A DNA stretch of 59,663 bases, filler included, from Dimargaris cristalligena (lineage: Eukaryota), in assembly GCA_003614675.1 (NCBI GenBank). It is 2 parts of 2 records of this genome, joined end to end, with 100 filler letters (N's around TTAATTAATTAA, not from the genome) between each part and the next. Parts side by side here need not be neighbours in the genome. Positions count along the whole stretch, not along the records: positions 1 to 29,800 come from ML002472.1; positions 29,901 to 59,663 come from ML002473.1. The stretch is one strand, 5' to 3'. Under the pieces are notes generated by a model that made no database searches, was not told where the DNA came from, and saw only the letters and a list, made by a program, of their open reading frames with translations. Shown here in pieces: positions 24,067 to 36,862 of this stretch (position 1 is the stretch's first letter; the number at the start of each line of letters is the position of its first letter). A program made the position numbers and the translations under genes.

Positions 24067-27000
24067 ATGATATATGCCCTCCCCCCTTCACCTCCACATC
24101 CCCCACTCCTCGCCTATTCCTTCTGATATTCCCATCTTTTCGCTTTATAATCCCAAGAAAATGGCATGTACTATTAGTCTCTTGCGATTTCCTATGACCT
24201 GTACAGTTGTGCGCCATCCCACACCTCTAATAATCATTTGCTATTGAACTGGCTTGTGCCCATAGGTGTCATTTACTTTTAGCTGGCATGCTATAATATC
24301 CTTCTCTTCACTCCTTCACCCCCACCTTCTACCTGTATATTTACATTCAGCCATTATTACTTGGCTATTTCCCCTTTTTTTTCTGACGTATCCCATACCA
24401 TTGATATTTCGCTAGTTTACTATGTTTATCCTGGCCAGTCGGTGTGCACATTAAGTACCTCTTTTTACCTGGTTGTTGTCTTAATGCTTACCGTCATTGA
24501 TGCCGGTCCCCATTATTATAAACGCTGGTTTTCAAATATACTATAATGGTTGTACTCTAGTTTGTTCTCCCCCCCAGCTAAGGCAATGTAATGATTAATT
24601 TCGGGTGTTTGAGTTGTAGGAAATCAGTGGCGCGAATTTGGGTGTTGTATTCAGTGGGCACCTACAAAATAATAGCGGCTCTACTGTTATTGGTTTCATT
24701 TATGAAACTGGCGGATAGAGGTGGATCGTTTATAGATATCTCAATGAACTCGCATTTATCCAATCTGCCCCCCCTCGACCTTTCATTTCGGCCATGCTCT
24801 GTCATTGTAGTATTCTTTTTCCGTTTAAACCGGGTTGCTATGAACCAAGGTACGCCTGTCAGATACATGAAACAACACAGTATCCTGTTCTCCTATCCAA
24901 TCCAATATACTCGTTGTTCCCTCACCCTCCTCCTAACCCTCTCCTAATATACGTTGTCGGGACATAGCAAAGGTTCACCTGGCCGATTTTGGACGATTAC
25001 TCGGCAATCTTAGCTCTAATCCCCCTTCGGAAATCGTGACCCATACACACCAGGAGAGTGAATATCCCTCTACTTTAGATCAACCCATCTTTGGGCATCA
25101 TTTTTCAATCTATATGACTATAGATTTTGTGGCTGGCCTGCACACTACTACATTGAACACAGTGGGGGATATATAAAATGATTAACCCCATCTCTCTTTT
25201 CTCCGCTTCACACTACCATTCTATCCAATACCAATTAATGCCGGAGAAGGGAAATGAGAAACTGATTTTGGTGGTTGATCAATCCCATTTTCTGCCTATA
25301 ACGGTACTTTTCACACAGGCACTTGGCTATCTTGCTATCTCTTCTTGTCAACGCGTATTTGTCTAGAAAATTGAGACAAACCCATGTAAATCACCACGCC
25401 TGTTCGTTGAACTTTTTCTCTTAATCCTTCCCTCATGGGGGGCCCATAGTAGCCATGGTAGTCGTTTCTTGGTAACGTCCGAATATTGAGTGTTGGATTG
25501 TCACCAACTGCACACTCCCCCCTGGGGTGGCGCTAGAAAAATTAGTGACCCGGGTCACTGTTAAAGGGATCATTAGTTTAAGTAATGTTATATTCAGATG
25601 TCATTTCCCTTTTTATGAACCACTAGAGTGACTCAGCTTCGTTATCATTCAACGTCCAATGATGAGTACGAGTGTTATTGTTCAATAGCGTGGTGCACCA
25701 GCTGGAGAGGCTCCGGGGGAGTCGGGAACGTGGTTGCCATTTCCTCTTCCCTCCCCACATCCATCTCCATCACTCCGATAGACCTTGTCAGGTCCTAATT
25801 CTACGCATCTATATGGTGGGAAAGGTCTAATCTCCTTGGCGCATTCGACTATTCACCAAAGGTTGCTCTTATGGTAAATATTCCCCCGAGCCGCCCTCCG
25901 ATGGCATTAAAACCTTTCCACCCCAAACACAGGTTTCCCCTTAGTTTTCTCCGTAGAACTTGGTAGGTGCCCATGTCGCTATAAACTACATTTCGGACAA
26001 CCCCCAAGCTCATCCAAATCCATGTTTTTTTTTGTATTACTTTTCTAATTCGGTTGGAGATTGGGGATACCAGGGTCGTATCATTTCTAAAGGGCATGAT
26101 ACCCCAGCTGGGGCTCTCTATGTTCCTTTTCTTTGGTCTTTGCATCACCTGTCACTTTCTATGGACTTCCCCTCAATTTCTTCACGATATGTATACCATG
26201 CTTCATTATTCGTCAAATACCACCCCGGCTATTTCCACACCGAATATTGGCTAATCCCCACTAAGATTGACTCACTCCATTACTGAAAATAGTAATGAAT
26301 ACCCCATTTCACTGGTTATCCTTGCTAAGTATGAAGGAGACTGAGGCGGAGAGACCCTGTAGTCAAGGATTGTGCACTTCTAACCCCGAGATCTTAAGGC
26401 TCCGTATTCTAATTTTATATACAGGTACAGTTGATCGCCGCGGCTCAATGCTATGTATTAGGATCGTGCCGTCAATCTCATCACCCTGGTTTGTGCTTAT
26501 CCTTTTTACACACCGCCAATATCCAAGTTGGGATATACCATAAGATCCGCATGCTCAATCTTCCCGTTTCAAACTGAATAGTGATCGTGGCCACCGCGGC
26601 CAGTAAGGTGGAGATTGGATACGGATGCTTTAAAAAAACGGAGCCTAGTTAACAATGACCACATGAATAGAGCCATCATAACTATAGTAGAATGGCAGAT
26701 GAGGGTGCGCGTCTCTTTCCGGTTTGGATGGTCGTGTGGGGGGCCATCTTGGATCGACCAGGGGGAGTAGCGGTAGCTCCTTATTAGTCTTTAGGTGGAC
26801 TACTCAAGTCAACGAGTAAGGGACGTTATGGGGAAGGAGAGGGGGGAGCAGAACCTCGTTGGTACCTGCAAGGCACCCTCCAGAAATGAATTTAAATAAG
26901 GCACCCCACCCTCCATTACTTCTGAATGATTGCCTACCCGATTCCTTATCCAATATTCCCGACCCCCTTCTTTCCTTGTTAACCCCATAGTAGCCCACTA

Positions 27001-27126
27001 AAATTTACTTCATTACAAAACCTGTCCTTTCTCTCTCCACTACCAGCACACAACCCTCTCCCCTTAAGATATTTCAATAGACATATATATATATCAATCA
27101 TCGGACCATATTCACGCCTATTCATC

Positions 27127-27363
27127 ATGGTCTCGTTTTCCATTCTATCAACCGTTACTCTGTTGGTCATGGTCGTCTCCAGCATAGTAGTCCACAGTCA
27201 ACCCATCCCTCAGGACCAATACAATCCATTAGAAAACAGCACCCTTACAACTCTCGCCGACGGTAGCCTCGTTAATAACGAGCCAATAACCAATACCATA
27301 GCCAATGCTGGTGGGCTCCTTGGGCCAGGTGATGTGTATCTCCTTCTATCCTTTAAGATGTAA
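27127..27363 (+). CDS. Putative small secreted protein (78 aa)
   Basis: Signal peptide MVSFSILSTVTLLVMVVSSIVVHS|QPIP, ATCATGG start context, upstream TA tract, AT-rich 3' flank. No family recognised. Confidence 0.55.
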   Translation: MVSFSILSTVTLLVMVVSSIVVHSQPIPQDQYNPLENSTLTTLADGSLVNNEPITNTIANAGGLLGPGDVYLLLSFKM

Positions 27364-28932
27364 AGGCCCTGGCTCCTATTCCGTAAATTCGTACACTATT
27401 ATGTTCTCTCCTTAATTTGGGATGTAATATCACTCGCCCTCGTCACTTTCACTTTTCGTTTCCGTTACCCCATCCATGCACATACCATATTGTAATGTCC
27501 ATTCCAATTCCAGTTTCACCGCCCTTCACGACTTATTTAACGACGAATGTTACCATATCCTCCTCTCCGCCAAATCTACTCATGTATAATAAATGTTCTA
27601 CTGTCATGTGTTTAATAAATAATAAATCCATTTCTCTACATTATTATGGAAGGGTCGGATATTTGTTTATTCCCCTTCACCAAACCCGTAGTTATTTTTA
27701 AAGCGGTGTGCGTATAAACCCAATTGCTGACAAACATGACTAAATATACCTATCTATCTAAAAAGAGTAGCGCCGAACTCATAACACATTGGAATTTCCC
27801 CGGGAAATTGGGTAATATATCTATAGGAATAGGCGGAAAACGGAAACTGTCTTCTTAGCCATCGATAGTTTAGGTTAATGGGCTCAGCGTCGTCAGTGGT
27901 CTCGAGTACATTTTTGGCCAAGCAGGTGACTAGGATATTCCCTGTATCAGGTCGATTGGAAGAGTAGAGAGGCCCTGTGGACAGTCTAACAGTATAATGT
28001 TGGTGGCTAGTAGATCTATATTAAACGCGGCAATCTTAAGATGGTTGATGTACATTGGCCCAATGTGCACTACTCCCCCATTATACTATTCATTAGAGCG
28101 AGGGTCGCTTTGAACCAGCCCCATTGGTATAGATAAGCCATCTATCCCTCATCGGGTTGGTTGGTCAAGGATCCGATGCATTACATTTGGCCCATCACAA
28201 CACCAGTGCCAAGCAGTCCTAAAGATGAGGTTGTCCACAACGGTTGGCTAACAGCAAATCAACTAAAAGTGGCATTGGTTCTTCTATTCAATGATAAACC
28301 CCGTTAGTTGGAATAAACTGTAGAAACTCTATATGAGGTGTCGTAAAGCAGTTGTTAATCGAGCTCTTGCATTTGACTATCAGCCAAGTGGGTAGGCAGA
28401 ACGATATCATCTATACTTGCTGATATTTCAAATAAGATCAGTCTGCTAATACAGTGCTAAGACAGAAATACCCTAAACCCTCAGAAGATATCCCCCAACT
28501 AGTGGACCAACGGCTTATCAATTGAGTCATGTGGTATGTTGTCTGTATATTATTAGAGTTATGAAGGGATAGTGTGATATGTGATCAATGGCTTCACACC
28601 CCCCTTTTTTCCAGGTGAACCCTTATCCAACCAGTTATTTGTGTCCTGTTCATGACCATACTCAAATTCTTTCACAGGCTTAAAGTCCCTTCAAAAGATC
28701 TTTCTATTAATATAAATTATTTCCATTAAATGTAATATAATATCTCTCCATCAATTGGTAATTTTGGACTATTCAAATTCTATCATGTCTATCACTCTAG
28801 ACTTATATCTTATAGCCCAGCAGATGGTGCTACCTCAGCCAGCTGGGAACTGAGCACACTAATGTCATGACACTCCAAATAAATATGTCCCACAGGCCCT
28901 AGTCAAGTTATTGAAACTAGCAATAACATATA

Positions 28933-29225
28933 GGTGCTATATAAATAGCCTATGGGGCTGTGGGGGTACAGGCTTTTTGTGGGGAGCTCAGGAGGGACAA
29001 GGGTATGGAGGGTGGAAGGGTATTCTGCCACCAATAACACTGGAGGTATAGAATATGGGATAATAGACATACCCAAGAAGATATTAAGACACTGATAATA
29101 CTCTGGATAACTCTGGATAACTCTGCTAAACTCTGAAAATATTCAGGAATGACCCTGAAAATGCTCACATAAAATGGTCTGGTTTACTCTTAGATCATAA
29201 ATGCTAGCACTATTTATACAGCACC
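28933..29225. mobile_element. Putative MITE-like relic with 16-bp terminal inverted repeats
   Basis: GGTGCTATATAAATAG (28933-28948) vs reverse complement of 29210-29225 (GGTGCTGTATAAATAG), 15/16 match. Internal ACTCTGGATA tandem units at 29100-29135. No clear TSD. Confidence 0.5.
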
Positions 29226-29719
29226 AATGGGCACAAGCCAAATAGGGAATTATAGCAATTTAGCAATAGAGACCACCAATTCAGATATGGTGGGTTCAAT
29301 GGTGAATTACCACAGTGCTAGTTATCATTAAATGGGCAGAACCATTGGGGTTCTGATGTCAATTTTGAAGGTGAATAAACAGGAATGACCCAGTATAGAC
29401 TGGGCTGTGCCTATGTTTAATCTGGTTGGAAATGCATGTTACAGACAACAGTAACTTCCAAGACAAAAATGAGAAGTGAAAAGGGTAAATACATTTCAAT
29501 AGGTGTTATAAAATCAAGGTTGGATTGGGTCACCTGGTGAGATTAGGTTTCTATTTAGGCAGGTTACAGCATGTCTATATTGGTACACAATCTGTAATTG
29601 TCAAACACCCTGCCATTTGTAATTAGATCTATTAAATATTTTTACTAATGTTGCCACTTTATTCCACTCCACCTCAGCTAAAGAGACTCAGGGTTATCTC
29701 TGGCTACTATTATACCCAT

Positions 29720-29955
29720 TGTAAAGAACTGAAATTAAATCCTTGAAAACTGAACTTTATTTGAAAAGATAGATGATAAGAAGGGAAAGGTGATGATAGA
29801 NNNNNNNNNNNNNNNNNNNNNNNNNNNNNNNNNNNNNNNNNNNNTTAATTAATTAANNNNNNNNNNNNNNNNNNNNNNNNNNNNNNNNNNNNNNNNNNNN
29901 ATCTATCTTTTCAAATAAAGTTCAGTTTTCAAGGATTTGAGTTCAGTTCTTTACA
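29720..29955. mobile_element. Two inverted copies of a TGT...ACA-terminated repeat end (LTR- or TIR-like) flanking the assembly gap
   Basis: 29720-29774 is the reverse complement of 29901-29955 at 53/55 positions. The right copy contains AATAAA and ends ...TTTACA. Flanks differ (CCCAT / GAGGA), so no TSD. Confidence 0.65.
29801..29900. other. Assembly gap / artificial contig linker (N44-TTAATTAATTAA-N44)
   Basis: Symmetric N runs around a palindrome with stops in all six frames, total exactly 100 bp. Confidence 0.97.
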
Positions 29956-31153
29956 GAGGATATTACTATAATTAAGGTATAGATAAGTGGGCTAATCAGA
30001 TGGCTATAGGTATCCGGAAGACTCTGAAGGTAACTAGAAGAGTCTTTAAATCAGTACTTAAGTGATTAGTAAGAAGAGGTGGAGTCTGGAAGGGGAAGGG
30101 TTATATAATATAGGATGATCCCATAGTACCAGGGGTAACTATGAGAAGGTTAATATAGTACTATAAGGCTAAATATGGTCAGATACTAAGCCAGCTGGAT
30201 TAAGGTGGATTAAATGGTCTAATAATATATAGTTTTAACTATAAATAAAATACAATATATTTGTATTAGTTATTACTATATTATAATTCATCTGCCAGTA
30301 GCCAGCCTTATAATCAGAAGCAGCCTCCTGGCCCCAATCCCCCATTGAACAGTCACTAAGTATGAACTCCCATTTAAGAAATGGTTCTCCTTAGCCCAAT
30401 AGGGTTTTTTGGAACCCTCCTGGACCTACAACTCTGGGAGCTACACTAGCACTTGAGTCACTGTAGCTTCTTATTTAGTGCTTTGGTTATTTGTTAACTA
30501 GCCTCTTTGTCTATCGAGTTGACGTCAGTAGAGTTTCCCAGGGTGACACCAGCCGAATAAAACCAAACCATAAAGTGAAAAATCAACTTGGGAAGTGGAG
30601 CGCTGCTGGTTGAGCAGATTACACCCAGCCAACTATCCTATATATATATATGGCTTCACAATTATCTACAGTTGGGGCGAGCTTTCCTCGGCAATTCATC
30701 GAAGCAGGCGTAGCAAGACCACCAAAATCAACGGGTACTGGGTCTCCGCACTCCCACTCTTCGTTTGTCCCCACAACTCTAGACATAGGGCCTACTGGCT
30801 TATTCTTGAACATCCACCTCGACACTTCCAAACACTCGACTCGTTTTGCAGATGGCGTAAACGCGCGGTAGATTAAAAATATTATTAACTCTGTGCAATG
30901 GTGAAACCCAATATAAATGTTTTTGTAGGGACCAATAAGGACTTCGTAGGATGGACTCCGGGGGAATCATATCACAAGTTGAAAGTAAGAAAATTAAAGC
31001 AGAGTGGGGAGCGAAGCCCGGAAGAAGCGTGGGTGAGAGAAAAAGAAACCATTACTACATTATCACTATTGATGTGGGCGCAGAGTTATACTAACCGAGT
31101 AATAATTTTTTAAGAGGAAAAAAAGAAAACTCACTAATAATCGGCACACTTCC

Positions 31154-33577
31154 TTAATCCACCTTGTTGAGGTTATCCGCGGGCTTAGGGACCACCACCG
31201 TAGGCTTGGCCAGCATATTGGTACCTTTACTCAGCCATGGCGAGTCGGCGGCCGCCTTAATCTCGGTGGGGTCCATGGGGGGAACCTTGCAGTCGAAGTC
31301 CCAAGACTTGAACCAGCGGGCAGCCTCGCACTTGGGCCGGGTCCACACGGTACCGTAGGCCAGGGGACTGAAGATGTGGAAGTAGCGGAGGGCCAGCAAC
31401 GCCACCACCCCGAAAACCAAGTAGCGGGTGCGTTTCTGGACTCGGGCGGTCACTGTGTCCAGGCTGTAGACCAACACCAGGAGGGCCATGTAAAGGGCCG
31501 GCAGGTAATGGTGCAGGAACAGTTGCCGCTGCATGATGAAGAAGGGCATGTAGTGGAAGAACCAGGCAGTGAAGGCAAAGCCGGTCGTGTAGGTGAACTG
31601 GCTCCGGAGCGAGCCCCATTTGGTGGAGGTGACGCCCCGCAGATCGGTGAAATGCAGCACCACTTGGGCGACAGCATAGGCCACGACAGCGATGGAACTG
31701 ACCCACCAAACGAAGGGATTGCCGAAGAGGTAGATTTGGCGGTTGTCGGCGCTCCAGAAGGAGATACCGCGGCGCAGGATAGGCCACGACTCGGGACGGG
31801 AGTCAAAGGGATGGGTGCTGGTTAGTCCGTTGTTAACGTTGAACATGACCCGGGTGCTTTCAATCACCTTGGACAACAGACCGGGGGGGCTGTAGCGCAC
31901 CTTGACGGCATCGGCGGGCATGTCGGGGTGACGGTTGGTAACAATACGCCAGGTACTCTTGGGTTTCTTGGCCTCCTTCATACAAATGACCTCAGTCTGG
32001 TTGAATCCCCACGAGGGCAGTTTCTTCTCGTTCGAAAAGAGGGCACAGCCCAGTTGGGTGTGAATGAGGCGGAACTTGGTCTGGATAGCCATGAGACGGT
32101 CCTTGGTGGTCGAGTCGGAGTTGGTGGAATCCAGGATTTCCACTCGCCATTCGTCGTTGGCGTCACCGGCGAAGCCCTTCCAGCCGTATCCGCTCACTTC
32201 ATTTTCATAGTCGGCCTTGGAGATGGGACCCCGCACGTCGTGACTGTGCAGGCGGCGGTCGGTACTAATGTGAACCAGACGCACCACATCCCCGTTTTTC
32301 ACCCGCTCCAGGTCGTGTTTGGTGTCGTTATGCTCCAGCTCGGTCAGGGTGCGGCTCTTGGTAAGACGGAAGACGTTATTCTCGTCACGGTGGGGGTAGA
32401 GGGTGATTTGCTGCTGCTTGCTGCCGTCGGGGTAACTGTGGGCGTGGGAGTGGAGGTAGCCCTTATTAGAGGCCTCGTGGCGGATGGTGACCTCGGAACC
32501 GTAGTAGATATCGCGGAAGGTCTCGCCCTTGAATCCGCCCCGCAGGGTAGACTGGAACTCGGGACTCATGAAACCGGCACCGTCGCCGTGGCGGCTCAGC
32601 ACCATAAAGTGGATTTGGAAAATCAGGACATAGACCACCAGGGGTAGCATGATCAGGCACAGAGCCCGTCCAGCGAGCTGGGCCCCGATTTCGCGGGGAG
32701 TGATGTTGATATTGGCCACCAGATCCCACAGTTGCTTAATGGTGGCTACGCCGATGGCGGCCACCAGGAACAGACCCACGTATTTGCAGCTCACGGTCAA
32801 ACCCATGCTAATACCGGTCAGGGCCAACCAGGTCCACCACCAGGGGGTGAAGGGGCGTTTCAAGTACCGACAGAAATTGGTCCACATGAGAATGGTCAGG
32901 GTGGTGAAGAAGATCAGCGGGGAGTCGAGCAGGATCAAGCGGGACTGTGTGATCAGGGCGTTTTCGAAGGTCAGGAGGGTGGCACCCAGCACCGCGGCGG
33001 CAGTGGAGTGGCCACTCTGTTTAATGGTCAGGTAGCAGATGGGGATAGTTAGCAAACCGAGGAAGGCGGGCATCAAGCGCATTCCATAGTAGGGCACCTG
33101 GGCGACCAGATAGTCCAGGCCGATTTCTTTGAAGTCGAAGCGACCGTCGTAACCAACGAGTTTGCCCATACCGGCGAACATCATTTTGGCCAGCGGGGGA
33201 TGAACGTCGAAGAAGTACGTGCCGTTGATATACTTGCCGGCGAACTTGCCGAAATGGACCTCGTCGAACACCACCTTATGGGGGTTGGACAAGTTCCAGA
33301 GGCGGAAATAGGCGGCCACCAGAGTCAGCAGGCCGATAATAAGGAGCTGGGTCTGGCTGAACTGGCCGAGAAAGCGGTGGCCCCCTTTGGCGTGGGTCCC
33401 GCGGCCACCACCGGAGGCGGCCGAACCGAGGGAACCGGAAGGACCGCGGCCCTTGCCCTTGCGAACATCGAGTTCGGGGCTGATTATGGGCTGGTTCTCG
33501 TCGTCCTCGGAGTCGGGGCCGAATATAGAGAGAGAGGGCTGCTTCCGCTGACGGATATTGTCAGAGAGGGCGGCCAT
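31154..33577 (-). CDS. PMT1: Dolichyl-phosphate-mannose-protein O-mannosyltransferase, PMT1 subfamily-like (807 aa)
   Basis: VVFDEVHFG, FFDVHPPLAKM, QSRLILLD, MIR-domain LHSH motifs, GSKQQQITLYPH, SRPESWP and RQLFLHHYLPALY; multiple TM segments. Subfamily assignment is from motif recall. Confidence 0.92.
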   Translation of the reverse strand: MAALSDNIRQRKQPSLSIFGPDSEDDENQPIISPELDVRKGKGRGPSGSLGSAASGGGRGTHAKGGHRFLGQFSQTQLLIIGLLTLVAAYFRLWNLSNPHKVVFDEVHFGKFAGKYINGTYFFDVHPPLAKMMFAGMGKLVGYDGRFDFKEIGLDYLVAQVPYYGMRLMPAFLGLLTIPICYLTIKQSGHSTAAAVLGATLLTFENALITQSRLILLDSPLIFFTTLTILMWTNFCRYLKRPFTPWWWTWLALTGISMGLTVSCKYVGLFLVAAIGVATIKQLWDLVANINITPREIGAQLAGRALCLIMLPLVVYVLIFQIHFMVLSRHGDGAGFMSPEFQSTLRGGFKGETFRDIYYGSEVTIRHEASNKGYLHSHAHSYPDGSKQQQITLYPHRDENNVFRLTKSRTLTELEHNDTKHDLERVKNGDVVRLVHISTDRRLHSHDVRGPISKADYENEVSGYGWKGFAGDANDEWRVEILDSTNSDSTTKDRLMAIQTKFRLIHTQLGCALFSNEKKLPSWGFNQTEVICMKEAKKPKSTWRIVTNRHPDMPADAVKVRYSPPGLLSKVIESTRVMFNVNNGLTSTHPFDSRPESWPILRRGISFWSADNRQIYLFGNPFVWWVSSIAVVAYAVAQVVLHFTDLRGVTSTKWGSLRSQFTYTTGFAFTAWFFHYMPFFIMQRQLFLHHYLPALYMALLVLVYSLDTVTARVQKRTRYLVFGVVALLALRYFHIFSPLAYGTVWTRPKCEAARWFKSWDFDCKVPPMDPTEIKAAADSPWLSKGTNMLAKPTVVVPKPADNLNKVD

Positions 33578-34508
33578 GGCGAAGGAGGTATATGCGTGTG
33601 CGTGGGAGGGGGGATACGGTTAAAAGTAGGGGGTCATGAGAGGCCGGCCCGTCGGGGAGTGAATCTCAGAGGTAGATGAGAAAAGCAGGGGATAGAAGAT
33701 ATATATTAGGGTTACACTGGGGTTATAGTCGGGTTCCGGACGGGCAGAGATAACGAAAAGACGAGCAGAGCACAGCCCAAGAGCCAGGGGAAGTGCAGAA
33801 GGCTGGCCAGATGAGAAAGAATGGACAACGAAAAGGAAATGAGAAAGGCAAAGAGCAAGAAGGCAACGAAGAAGAAACCCACTGAGAAGGGGCGGGGTTA
33901 AGAACAATAGCAGACTGGAGAAACGCATACAGAGACTGGTCGATCGTCCATGCAGTGGGAAAATTAAGCCTCCCCATCCATCTATACATAGGCTGGGGTG
34001 CTGATCTAATAATGTCTTGGTTAAGTTCCAGGCGGATCCGTTCTGCCCCACCCCTGGCTGGCCCTAGACGCTGCAGCATCCGCCGGGGCGTCGGAATGCC
34101 TGCCACAACACCTTCTCCCGTTGGCCCATTGGCTACACCTTCGTGCGTTGGCCCTGCGAGTCCGCTAAACTCCGATTCAGGGGCTCGTTCAGACTAATTG
34201 CTCGCTCGATTTTTAGCCACAATCAGCTCTATAATTCACCTTGATTTGCCACTGTGAAACATTGAATCAAACTAGATCAATCCTGACCAGATATTCCCCC
34301 CTCTCAATTACCCTGTGATATGTGCACGGGGACTGGTGACAGCCAAATAATGCCACCAGATCACTATCAGATACTCGCACACCACCTTATCAAAAGCCCT
34401 GTGAATTAAATTCGGTATATATTAATTAATATATATATATATAAATAGCAATCTATCTAAAGAAATATCTAACTAGCTTCAATCGGTCTAGGCATATCCA
34501 CCTCTCAC

Positions 34509-36255
34509 CTACGCCTTATCCGGGAATGAAACTTCAATCACCGCGAACTTGCCATTGACCATCCATTTAGGGTCTCGTTTATCCAGCTCCTCGCCCTGGC
34601 CGGGCTGTAATCCCACCATGAGGTCGCACTTGGACGTGCGTAAACTCACCACCGGCAACTGGGTTCCCACCTGGGCCAGGGGTCCCAAAGCAGTCGAAAA
34701 CGGGGTGGTCAAATCCCACTCGCAGTCGTACAGCAATTTACGGTAATTAAGATCCCCTTTAAAAATGACCGCGGCGGAATTTTGTTGGAGGTCGGCGAAA
34801 AGTGCGGCCGAGGAGGTCGTGTGGGATGATGCGCCAGGTCCGCTATTAGCCGCCGATCCGGCGGTATTAACTGGTACCGGTGCCGTTCCACGCGGCAGAT
34901 GCCAGAATGCGTAAGGGGAGGTCCAAAACGCATCGGCGCGCAGTTCCCAGCGGCCCAACATGAGGTGATCCTGCCACTGGTCGCCCAGGGTTTCGAGGCC
35001 GCCTAAATGCTCCGAGTTGGTCAGATGGGTGGCGTGCTGAAAGCGGTCCCGACAGGTTTGCACCAGCCAGTGGAAGTCGGGGATGGTGGTATCTGACACG
35101 AACCACGGAATGGCCTTGCAGTGGAACACGACTTTGCTACAGTAACCCGTGGCGACCAGCCAATGGGCGAACACCAAATCCACGAAGGACTCGAAACCCG
35201 AGTTATCCAGCACGATATCGATCCGGACGCCCGACCAGGTCCGCACTTGCGCCCACCAGGCCTCCAGGTGGTTCACCACAATGAAGCTCGAACGGTCCTG
35301 GGCGTGTCCACCTTCGCCGCCCTGGAGACTGTGCACGTCGGCCAGGTCCAGGTTAACCAGTAGGGACAGATCGGTTTTATTGCCCCACAGTGACGCCTGG
35401 GCCAGTTCCATAAAAGCCGTGTGCCGGCTGGTTTCGTCCAGCTGCATCGTGGCTTCTTGGCAGAGGGCTAGGGTTCGGTCGGCTAGAGCGGCCACCGCCC
35501 GGTCTGACGCGTGAAACGTGTCCTTTTTTTGTTCGGCAAAGTAGTCGAAATCGCGCCAGTGCGTAGTGAGAGAAAAGCACTGATAGATTCGACGGTACAT
35601 GTAGCATTCGCTAAACAGCCAAGTGGCCGAGAACCAGGTCTTCTGGGGAAAGTAGGTCTCCATGATGGAATTCCATACAAGATGATCGCCCATGTTGTCC
35701 TGCAACAGTGGCCTAAGGACCCAAATTCGTAGAAATAATGGAGTATTATGTGTGTATATATATATATAAATATATATAATCGGTTTAATACAGAGGGCTA
35801 TTGGTATGCCATAAATCTTGATAGTCTCGATTCAGCACTGTGACAGCAAAGTCACTGTGGCAGCTACGACCACTTCCGTTTTTTAATCGAACAATATATA
35901 CTATATTACGAACAGCATAGAAACCGTAGTCTAACCATCAAAATAGTGCTGGTGCTCTATCGTCTACCCAGCCTACTAAGCTAGTGGGAGATACTTACGT
36001 GAGTGGCTTGTCAGTCTGCATTTCGTAACGCAATTTGCCTAGGGCCTCGATGATCCCCTTCGCCTCCCTGATAGTATCCGCATGGGCAACGTCGTTGGGC
36101 AAAACGGAGTAGGTCCGGTAGACATGGTCGACTACCCGGGTAATTATGACCGGCAGCCGATCCTTAATGGTGAAATAGGCGAAGGTGCCCTTCTTGGTGC
36201 CGATAAGGGCCGGACGGGGCGGGCAGCTGGGTGTCACCTCGGTAGCGGTTGCCAT
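34509..36255 (-). CDS. ARMT1/DUF89 damage-control metal-dependent phosphatase; exons 36255-35999 and 35712-34509 (~486 aa)
   Basis: FAYFTIKDRLPVI, WLFSECYMYRR, LWGNKTDLS, DIVLDNSGFE, PWFVSD, FKGDLNYRKL and LRTSKCD motifs; phase-2 GT-AG intron. Confidence 0.93.
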
Positions 36256-36862
36256 GGCGAAATTACAAGAAGGTTATATGTATATATAAGATGGGTGAAG
36301 GAAATATAGGCGAGGGAGCAATCAACAAGGGGGTGATTGGCCAGAGAACGGTGTACTTACTTGTATTTGGGTGACTGGGGGATCAAGGTGGGAGTTACCT
36401 TGGGAAAATGGAAAACCAACCCGTGGGACTTCCCTCCAACTCATTCCCCCTGCGCTTCTAGCCCTATGGGGCCCTCCTCAGCCTTGGCTTTACGTGAACC
36501 AATTATGGATATCCACCCTATTAGTCCCTAATTGGTTTAGAAGAAACTAGGAACGGCTGAGATGGAAGGATCATAAACCTTTTGGACTGCCCTAAACCCA
36601 AGTAAAACTAAAGGGGATGTTGTCACTACATCACCCCTGTTCCCCTGTATCCTTCATAGTCAAGTAATATGAAAAGTATGAATTACATCATGATTTCAGC
36701 TGCTTTATTATGGTAAACGAGAAGAGTCTGGGTTTTCAATAGAGAAGGCAGTAAGATCGGTATATATCCCCCCAATAGGCCCTAACTTCCTCGCCTGACT
36801 AGTCTTCAATGGACATGAGCAGCAATAATAAAGGGTTATGGACCCGAAAAGGAGCCGTGTAC

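Noticed and set aside
24840-25061. Kinase-like KVHLADFG in a possible short spliced ORF
   Set aside because: No other kinase motifs; the frame closes within ~25 codons.
29845-29856. TTAATTAATTAA palindrome as a biological site
   Set aside because: Centred in a 100-bp N spacer; assembly linker.
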